Origin: an uncultured Ruminococcus sp.
GTDB lineage: Bacteria; Bacillota; Clostridia; Oscillospirales; CAG-272
Length of the DNA: 64,000 bases
Assembly (NCBI GenBank): GCA_964590755.1
Contig: CAZPYK010000001.1
Location: 16,897 to 80,896 of the forward strand
Direction of reading: 5' to 3'
Part shown: in pieces, positions 19,279 to 26,100 of the stretch
Layout: the number at the start of each line of letters is the position of its first letter
Position numbering within the stretch: position 1 is the first letter of the stretch
Notes under the pieces: generated by a model
What the model saw: only the letters and a program-made list of their open reading frames with translations
The model's database searches: none
Told to the model about the DNA's origin: nothing
Made by a program: the position numbers and the translations under genes

Positions 19279-19863
19279 TTAAGTTCGCATCAACTTGTCG
19301 ACCATCGAATCGGAATAATTCTTTATGACAGAGGCATAGTATGCTATAACGATAACCTCAAGAGCGGTGTTGAGCCGTCTTCTTGCACCGCTTATCTTTT
19401 CCTCGTAATCTGCGGTAACTCTTTCTATACAGGCTTTGAGCGAGTTTTCCTCGGTGCTGATGCTTGCATACATCAGTTCGTCCAGAATGCGACATATATA
19501 ATCATACAGCTGAGAATCGCGAATTATATCATCCTGCTTATCATATATCCTTCCGTTGATATACGAGATCAAAAACGCGATCTTGTCGAGTTGCATACAA
19601 GAGCGCAGCATGTTAATTATAAGAATGTGTGCCACTTGATCGATATCATATTTTTTTAGTTTAGAATTCTCAACCCATCCGCGCTTTGTCCAATTTTGGA
19701 GAGTCGAACCGTCAATTCCGGATATCTCTCTGATTTGAGACAGCATAACACCATCCTGAATATAAAACACCTTGTTCAAAAAAGCCATACCGGTGACATT
19801 TCCCATTGCTTCTCTTTTTAATATAGTTCCGGGAATGAGAACATCGTTTATCTGAAGCCTCAT
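19279..19863 (-). CDS. DUF1836-like protein with a MerR-like HTH
   Basis: STLQNWTKRGWVENSKLKKYDIDQVAHILIINMLR resembles the DUF1836 core. SD GGAGGAG precedes ATG 19863. Confidence 0.6.
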   Translation of the reverse strand: MRLQINDVLIPGTILKREAMGNVTGMAFLNKVFYIQDGVMLSQIREISGIDGSTLQNWTKRGWVENSKLKKYDIDQVAHILIINMLRSCMQLDKIAFLISYINGRIYDKQDDIIRDSQLYDYICRILDELMYASISTEENSLKACIERVTADYEEKISGARRRLNTALEVIVIAYYASVIKNYSDSMVDKLMRT

Positions 19864-19900
19864 GACGGCATCTCCTCCACTCATCGTTTGCGGTATTTTT

Positions 19901-19929
19901 ATTATATCACACGGTCACGCGATTGTCAA
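19901..19929 (-). promoter_or_regulatory. Consensus sigma-A promoter of the DUF1836-NfeD-flotillin operon
   Basis: On the minus strand: TTGACA, 17 nt, TATAAT. Confidence 0.75.
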
Positions 19930-19960
19930 TAGTACTTCGTATTATTTTTCGATCTTCGCA

Positions 19961-20605
19961 TTAAATTTCAAACAATCCGGGAAGCATATCCAGAGAAGCG
20001 ATCTCAAAGTCTGCGCAAAGCGCAGGTTCGGATGGCGAATAATTACCAAACTGCCCTTGCTTTATTCTTATCGTCCTCATGCCAACCGCGCGAGCGGGAA
20101 CTATATCGTTGTCCGGTCTGTCTCCCACCATGACAGCATTATGCGCATCGCATCCCGCCAAGCGCAGTGCTTCGTAAAACAAAGAAGTATCGGGCTTTTC
20201 GGCTCCGAATTCAGCGCTGGAAATGATGATAGACAGATACTTGTCAAGCCCGAAACGGTGCAAGCGCTCGGCGGCGCCCGGGAGTTGATTGGCTATTATA
20301 CCGAGTTTGTATTTTTTTGAAAGCACGTTCAGCACGTGATCGGCTTCGGGATACACGCTTTCGCATTCTCCTGTATAAGGTATGTAGTCGGCGCCTATCA
20401 TATGGCACGCGCGTCGAAACGGCGGTGTGCCGTCAGCACCCAACTTATACATCAAAGCTTCAAATTCTTCCACACTTATCCGCTTATTGCCACGTCGAAC
20501 AGCCATATCTATTGCCAAAGCGGCTCGACGACGATGCTCATCGCTTTCGTCGATAAGCGTAAATCCCATATCAAAGAAAATCCATTTTATGTTTTTCAGA
20601 TCCAT
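19961..20605 (-). CDS. HAD-superfamily hydrolase
   Basis: Motif I IFFDMGFTLID and motif IV MVGDRPDND. ATG 20605 lies 6 nt after GGAG of module copy C. Confidence 0.8.
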   Translation of the reverse strand: MDLKNIKWIFFDMGFTLIDESDEHRRRAALAIDMAVRRGNKRISVEEFEALMYKLGADGTPPFRRACHMIGADYIPYTGECESVYPEADHVLNVLSKKYKLGIIANQLPGAAERLHRFGLDKYLSIIISSAEFGAEKPDTSLFYEALRLAGCDAHNAVMVGDRPDNDIVPARAVGMRTIRIKQGQFGNYSPSEPALCADFEIASLDMLPGLFEI

Positions 20606-20639
20606 ATCAATCTCCATTCCGCCGCCATTGCGGCGGCAC
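20606..20639 (-). repeat. SD-abutting GC hairpin leader module, copy C
   Basis: Sense strand: GTGCCGCCGCAATGGCGGCGGAATGGAGATTGATATG. Confidence 0.85.
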
Positions 20640-20758
20640 AAATTGCTCATGAAATTCACCTGTGTCGCTTGCGACAAAAATGGGGTAGGGTCCCATTTTT
20701 AAGGTAAATTTGGGCGTGAAACAGGCGCTCTTTAGATTTTGAATTATTGAACTTTCAC

Positions 20759-20790
20759 GCTAATCTCCATTCCGCCGCCGATTTACGGCG
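20759..20790 (-). repeat. SD-abutting GC hairpin leader module, copy D, preceding a 4-codon mini-ORF
   Basis: Sense strand: CGCCGTAAATCGGCGGCGGAATGGAGATTAGC, then GTG AAA GTT CAA TAA (20758-20744). Confidence 0.75.
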
Positions 20791-20809
20791 TTGAATTTAT
20801 CATGTAAAT

Positions 20810-20838
20810 ATTTTACCATACTTCAATGCTTTTTTCAA
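20810..20838 (-). promoter_or_regulatory. Sigma-A promoter of the HAD gene leader
   Basis: On the minus strand: TTGAAA, 17 nt, TAAAAT with an upstream TGg. Confidence 0.6.
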
Positions 20839-21001
20839 CTCTCTAAAACGCGCATACAGGCAATTATTTCATCGCGATCGAGGTATAGTGCGAAAATTGA
20901 ATGTTTCAAGAAGAAAAAATTCTCAGACAATATTTAACCCCCAAATCGGGCTTCGCTCGTTTTTTGTTGCAAGCGACACCGGTAAATTTCACGAGCAATT
21001 T

Positions 21002-21034
21002 GCGCCGCCGCATGGCGGCGGAATGGAGTTTATT
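21002..21034 (+). repeat. SD-abutting GC hairpin leader module, copy E
   Basis: GCGCCGCCGCATGGCGGCGGAATGGAGTTTATTATG. Confidence 0.85.
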
Positions 21035-21634
21035 ATGAACGATACATTTTTCAAGCTCGGGATACTCCCCGCCATCCTTCTTGCCGCGACTATACTGTTA
21101 GAGCCCCCGGGGGTTTCGGTGCCATCCCTGGCTGCCGCCGCAATACACGAAGGCGGACATCTTTTGGCTGCAAAAGCACTGAAAATCGAACTGCATTCAC
21201 TTAGCCTGAATCCGATCGGCGCAACTATTCACACTCGCGGAGCTCTCATATCATATAAAAAAGAATGGTTGCTGTGCTTTGCCGGTCCGTGCGCAAATCT
21301 TTTGTCCTGTGGCATAGCATATATTCTGAACGACAATTCGGAAGCTGCATACGGTACGGCAGCATTTAATTTTTTTGCCGTATCATTCATGCTTGCGATA
21401 TTAAATCTTCTTCCCATCGAAAGCTTTGACGGTGGCAGAATGATGTATTGCACGATAGGCAATTTTTTCGGACCGCGAGTCGGATTTGCGGTTCTCAGAG
21501 CCTGTTCGATAATATCTGTTTGCGGACTGTGGATGCTGTCGGTCTATCTGTTGATGCGTTGGGGAACGTCCATGTCACTGCTCGTCTTTTCATCATCGGT
21601 TTTTTGTCGCATTTTCATATGCTCCGAAAAATAA
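21035..21634 (+). CDS. M50-family (site-2 protease-like) membrane metalloprotease
   Basis: HExxH (IHEGGHLLAA) inside a TM segment and a second motif NLLPIESFDGGRM. An in-frame GTG at 20888 is an alternative start. Confidence 0.75.
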   Translation: MNDTFFKLGILPAILLAATILLEPPGVSVPSLAAAAIHEGGHLLAAKALKIELHSLSLNPIGATIHTRGALISYKKEWLLCFAGPCANLLSCGIAYILNDNSEAAYGTAAFNFFAVSFMLAILNLLPIESFDGGRMMYCTIGNFFGPRVGFAVLRACSIISVCGLWMLSVYLLMRWGTSMSLLVFSSSVFCRIFICSEK

Positions 21635-21787
21635 ATGCCGCATGACCGGTGATCGTGCAGATTTAAGCGAACGGCAGAGTTTTTAAGAGGATTATCAAGG
21701 ATTTTTGCTTTTTTCTTTGATTTTTGCTGATTTTCGCTAAAAGATTCAGATTTTTTTCGATTTTTCGCGTTTTTTTTATAAATACTA

Positions 21788-21816
21788 TTGCATTTTGTTG
21801 AGTTATATGCTACAAT
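21788..21816 (+). promoter_or_regulatory. Sigma-A promoter of the pot operon
   Basis: TTGCAT, 17 nt, TACAAT with an upstream TGc. It is preceded by phased T-tracts. Confidence 0.6.
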
Positions 21817-21979
21817 ATGCGCGGTAAACGAGGTACGCACGTACACACGGCTTTTTGCAAACCGCAAAAGCTTCCGAAAAGGCTGACCGTTTCGGAGGTT
21901 TTTTGTCGGTTTGCGTTGCTTTTTTCCGTTGTGTGACATAGACCCGTTCCGAATATTTGTAAAAAAGGAAAGTATCGGA

Positions 21980-23104
21980 ATGAATAATGAAAAGCTTGTA
22001 GAGCTTCGCTCGGTATCCAAAGAATTTGACGGTGAACAGGTTTTAAAATCCGTCAGCTTGGACGTACACAATGAGGAATTTATCACCCTGCTCGGTCCTT
22101 CGGGATGCGGAAAAACAACGACTCTGCGAATCATCGGCGGTTTTGTGACTCCGGACGCGGGAGATGTGATTTTTGAGGGTAAACGAATAAACGACCTGCC
22201 CGCTTATAAACGTCAAGTGAACACTGTTTTTCAGCGTTATGCGCTTTTTCCTCACTTAAATGTATATGAAAACATTGCATTCGGTCTCAGACTCAAAAAA
22301 ATGTCTGATGCCGATATCCGCACCGAGGTCAAAAACATGCTTTCGCTCGTCAACCTTAACGGTTTTGAGACGCGCAAGGTTACCAATCTGTCGGGAGGAC
22401 AGCAGCAGCGTGTGGCAATTGCCCGTGCGCTTATCAACAAACCGCGTTTGCTTTTACTCGATGAACCGCTCGGCGCGCTTGATCTTAAGCTGCGAAAAGA
22501 CATGCAGATCGAGCTTAAGCAGATGCAAAGGCGTACCGGTATAACATTTATATACGTAACTCACGATCAGGAGGAGGCGCTTTCGATGTCCGACACCATC
22601 GTGGTAATGGCAGACGGAAAAATTCAGCAGATAGGCACTCCGGAAAAAATATATAACGAACCCGAAAACGCTTTCGTTGCAGACTTTATCGGAGAATCCA
22701 ATATCATCTCAGGCGTTATGAACGAAGATTATCTCGTATCATTTGCGGGGCAAAAATTCCGTTGCGAAGATCGTGGCTTTGCCAAAAACGAGCCCGTTGA
22801 TGTCGTTGTGCGTCCGGAGGATATAGATATCGTTCCGGTGGGCAACAGCATGCTTACGGGACAGGTCACGGGTGTGACCTTTAAGGGCGATTATTACGAA
22901 GTCATAGTCGATATCGACAATTTCAAATGGATGATCGAAACAACAGATCGATTCGTTCCCGGGCAGACCATAGGCATCTCCATAGACCCCAATGAGATCC
23001 AGGTAATGAGAAAATCAGAATATTCCGGCAAATTCGGCGATTATTCCACCTTCAGCGACGAAATGGATCATCTTTCGGATGTTCCCGAGGAGGAAGAGGA
23101 ATGA
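21980..23104 (+). CDS. potA: Spermidine/putrescine ABC transporter ATP-binding protein
   Basis: Walker A GPSGCGKTT, LSGGQQQRVAIARAL, Walker B LLLDEPLGALD, and a C-terminal TOBE-like domain. Confidence 0.88.
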   Translation: MNNEKLVELRSVSKEFDGEQVLKSVSLDVHNEEFITLLGPSGCGKTTTLRIIGGFVTPDAGDVIFEGKRINDLPAYKRQVNTVFQRYALFPHLNVYENIAFGLRLKKMSDADIRTEVKNMLSLVNLNGFETRKVTNLSGGQQQRVAIARALINKPRLLLLDEPLGALDLKLRKDMQIELKQMQRRTGITFIYVTHDQEEALSMSDTIVVMADGKIQQIGTPEKIYNEPENAFVADFIGESNIISGVMNEDYLVSFAGQKFRCEDRGFAKNEPVDVVVRPEDIDIVPVGNSMLTGQVTGVTFKGDYYEVIVDIDNFKWMIETTDRFVPGQTIGISIDPNEIQVMRKSEYSGKFGDYSTFSDEMDHLSDVPEEEEE

Positions 23105-23931
23105 ATTCAAAAAGAAATTTGCTGCACTCGGCTGCCGCCCTGCCGCATATCGTATGGTCTGCGCTTTTTATCATAGCACCGCTGATATTTGTTATATATT
23201 ATGCATTTACAGACGCAGATGGCAATTTTACATTTGAAAATATCACCTCTCTTGCCGATTATTCCGAGACCTTTTTGCTTTCGATCTGCTTTGCCTTAAT
23301 AGCTACCGTTATCTGTCTGCTGGTGGCATATCCCTTGGCTTATGCCATCTCGCGCACGGGCGCCCGCACGCAGGGAGTTTTGATAATGCTCGCCATGCTT
23401 CCCATGTGGATGAATCTTCTGATACGCACCTATTCGATGCTGGCGATCCTCGATGACGGAGGCTTTTTAAATCGAATCATCACTTCTGTGGGGCTGTCCG
23501 AGCTTCATATAATCGGAACTCCGGGTGCCGTGATATTCGGAATGGTATATAACTTCTTTCCGTATATGCTTTTGCCGCTCTACACATCAATGTCAAAAAT
23601 GGATATAAGATTGATAGAGGCGGCTCAAGATCTCGGCTGCAACAGCCTCGGCGTTCTGCGAAACGTCATACTTCCGCTGTCGACCTCCGGTATCATATCC
23701 GGAGTCACCATGGTCTTTGTACCGTCGATCAGTACCTTTTACATTTCTCAAAAGCTCGGCGGCGGTACCTTTGATCTTATAGGAGACACGATAGAGCGTC
23801 AATTTCAGCGACCGGACACCTATAATGTGGGCGCTGCGATCTCGCTGGTCATGATGGTGCTCATAATAATCTCTATTGCGGTAATGAACCGTTTTGCCGG
23901 CGACGACGATAACGGAGGTGTGATAGTATGA
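23101..23931 (+). CDS. potB: Spermidine/putrescine ABC transporter permease
   Basis: Six-TM permease with the EAA loop (IEAAQDLGCN). It overlaps potA by 4 nt. Confidence 0.85.
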   Translation: MNSKRNLLHSAAALPHIVWSALFIIAPLIFVIYYAFTDADGNFTFENITSLADYSETFLLSICFALIATVICLLVAYPLAYAISRTGARTQGVLIMLAMLPMWMNLLIRTYSMLAILDDGGFLNRIITSVGLSELHIIGTPGAVIFGMVYNFFPYMLLPLYTSMSKMDIRLIEAAQDLGCNSLGVLRNVILPLSTSGIISGVTMVFVPSISTFYISQKLGGGTFDLIGDTIERQFQRPDTYNVGAAISLVMMVLIIISIAVMNRFAGDDDNGGVIV

Positions 23932-24764
23932 AGCATCTTTCGCGTTTCTTTATTACTCTGTGCTTTATTATCCTTTATGCCCCGATCTTCGTACTCATGC
24001 TGTTTTCATTTAACAGTACCGCAAGCACCGGCGTTTTTTCCGGTTTTTCGCTTTACTGGTACGAAGAACTTTTTAAAAGTTCGGATGTATTCAACGCGCT
24101 GCGCAACACGCTCGTGCTGGCAGTCAGCTCCGCGTTGACCGCCACCGTCATCGGGACCGGAGCCGCTGTGGGACTTGAAAAAATGCGTTCAAAGCGCGTC
24201 AAAGGTATGGTCAACACAGTGACGAACATTCCGATGATGAACCCGGACATCGTGACCGGCGTATCTATGATGCTTTTATTCGTTTTTGTCGGCACGCTTA
24301 TCGGGTCATCGGATGATAAGCTGAATTTTTGGACGCTCTTCATCGCTCACGTGACCTTCAACCTTCCGTATGTCATACTCAACGTTTCGCCAAAGCTGCG
24401 CCAAATGGATCGAAACCTCCCCGAGGCGGCAATGGATCTCGGCTGCACCCCGCTGCAATCCTTTTTCAAGGTCGAGCTTCCATCTATAATGCCGGGAGTC
24501 ATCAGCGGTCTTATAATGGCATTTACGCTATCGCTTGACGATTTTGTCATCAGCTATTTTACCTCGGGAAGTGATTTCCAAACTCTGCCGATACTTATAT
24601 ATTCAATGACGAAAAAAGAAGTCAAGCCGGACATTTATGCACTGTCAACGCTGATGATAATCACCATTTTGGCTTTGCTTATCCTTTCAAATCTCATCGG
24701 CAGCCGTTCCGAAAATCAAAAGCACAGCCAAAAACACAAAAGGAGTGTGGCGGAAAATGGCTAA
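23928..24764 (+). CDS. potC: Spermidine/putrescine ABC transporter permease
   Basis: Permease with the EAA loop (PEAAMDLGCT). It overlaps potB by 4 nt. Confidence 0.85.
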   Translation: MKHLSRFFITLCFIILYAPIFVLMLFSFNSTASTGVFSGFSLYWYEELFKSSDVFNALRNTLVLAVSSALTATVIGTGAAVGLEKMRSKRVKGMVNTVTNIPMMNPDIVTGVSMMLLFVFVGTLIGSSDDKLNFWTLFIAHVTFNLPYVILNVSPKLRQMDRNLPEAAMDLGCTPLQSFFKVELPSIMPGVISGLIMAFTLSLDDFVISYFTSGSDFQTLPILIYSMTKKEVKPDIYALSTLMIITILALLILSNLIGSRSENQKHSQKHKRSVAENG

Positions 24765-25995
24765 GATCAAATTACAAACCACCAAAAAAGCCTTTGCCTG
24801 TTGCCTTCTTGCAGCGCTGCTTTTGACCGCAGCCGTCATGTCTCTTACCTCCTGTCAAAGCACCGGAGTGCTGACCCTTAACGTATATAACTGGGGCGAG
24901 TACATCTCCGACGGCTCGGAAGGTTCTTATGACACAAATGCGGAATTTGAACAATGGTATTACGAGACCTACGGTCAACGGGTCAAGGTTAACTATACCA
25001 CATATGCTTCTAACGAAGATATGTATGCAAAGCTGAAAAGCGGAGCGGTAAAATACGATATCGTCATTCCGTCCGATTACATGATCGAGCTGATGATTGA
25101 AGAGGATATGCTTGAAGAGCTTGACCTTTCGAACATTCCGAATTATCAATATATTCTTGACGAATACAAGGGCTTGTTTTACGATCCGGAAAACAAATAC
25201 TCAGTTCCCTACACCTACGGTATGATCGGAGTGATCTACAACACCTCTATGGTGGACGGAACGCCCGACAGCTGGGAGCTGATGTGGGACGAAAAATACA
25301 AGGGAAAGATACTCAACTTCAACAATCCGAGAGACGCATTCGGAACCGCAATGTATCGTCTCGGTATCGACGTGAATACCACACTGCACGAGGATTGGGA
25401 CGCGGCGTACGAAGCTCTTAAAGCTCAGAAGCCTTTGGTCCAGAGCTATGTAATGGATGAGATATTCAATAAAATGAAGGGCGGTTCGGCTGCCATCGCG
25501 CCGTATTACGCCGGAGATTACCTTACCATGTATTCCGACAATGAAGATCTTTCGTTCTACTATCCCAAGGAAGGAACCAATGTATTTATCGATGCCATCT
25601 GTATACCCAAGGGAACGCAAAACAAGAAGCTGGCAGAGATATACATAAACTTCCTGCTTTCCGAAGAGCCTGCGGTGGCAAATGCCGAATGTGTGGGCTA
25701 TGCTTCACCGAATCTGCTCGTGAGGCAAAATGCGGATTACATCGAAGCAATGAATGAGATACATCCGGATGCTTACAACATACTCTACCCGGAGGATGTC
25801 AGCTTTATCACCTCGTATTATCAAAATCTTTCAACGGAAACACGTGATTATATGAATTCTCGCTGGGAAGATCTGAAGATCGACAGTTCGGTGGGCACCG
25901 GCATCTATATCACAAGTGCCGTCATCGCGAGCGTGCTGATAATTTGGGCGGTATACGAAGCACTGAAGAAGCGGTATCGCGCAAGATTTTATTGA
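24757..25995 (+). CDS. potD: Spermidine/putrescine-binding lipoprotein with an extra C-terminal TM segment
   Basis: Lipobox LTSCQS, PotD-like body, and a C-terminal hydrophobic stretch GIYITSAVIASVLIIWAVY followed by KKRYRARFY. ATG 24757 is preferred over the GTG at 24745, which lies inside the SD. Confidence 0.82.
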   Translation: MAKIKLQTTKKAFACCLLAALLLTAAVMSLTSCQSTGVLTLNVYNWGEYISDGSEGSYDTNAEFEQWYYETYGQRVKVNYTTYASNEDMYAKLKSGAVKYDIVIPSDYMIELMIEEDMLEELDLSNIPNYQYILDEYKGLFYDPENKYSVPYTYGMIGVIYNTSMVDGTPDSWELMWDEKYKGKILNFNNPRDAFGTAMYRLGIDVNTTLHEDWDAAYEALKAQKPLVQSYVMDEIFNKMKGGSAAIAPYYAGDYLTMYSDNEDLSFYYPKEGTNVFIDAICIPKGTQNKKLAEIYINFLLSEEPAVANAECVGYASPNLLVRQNADYIEAMNEIHPDAYNILYPEDVSFITSYYQNLSTETRDYMNSRWEDLKIDSSVGTGIYITSAVIASVLIIWAVYEALKKRYRARFY

Positions 25996-26050
25996 TTCGG
26001 CAAGACCAACAGACTGTAATGTATTTATTACACTGACATGATTTCAAAAT

Positions 26051-26100
26051 GCAGGGTGACACTCGTTACGCACGAATGTCACCCTGCAATTATTATTTCT
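26051..26100. terminator. Bidirectional terminator (potD / pcrA)
   Basis: 11-bp stem GCAGGGTGACA/TGTCACCCTGC with T-rich flanks on both strands. Confidence 0.7.

Noticed and set aside
12967-21037. The recurring GGGME peptide (PPHGGGMEI, RRNGGGMEI, RRYGGGMET, PPHGGGMEF) as a conserved N-terminal extension or signal
   Set aside because: The peptide is just the translation of GGCGGCGGAATGGAG. A 1-nt loop indel between copies C and E shifts the upstream frame while the nucleotides stay conserved. Each copy has a GGAG-N6-ATG start downstream. It is therefore treated as a nucleotide-level element with the downstream ATG as the start.
21544-22134. 196-aa minus-strand ORF across the M50-potA intergenic region
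   Set aside because: It runs through the T-tract region, the potA promoter and the potA 5' end. Its Lys/Ser/Asn-rich translation reflects A/T tracts rather than a gene.
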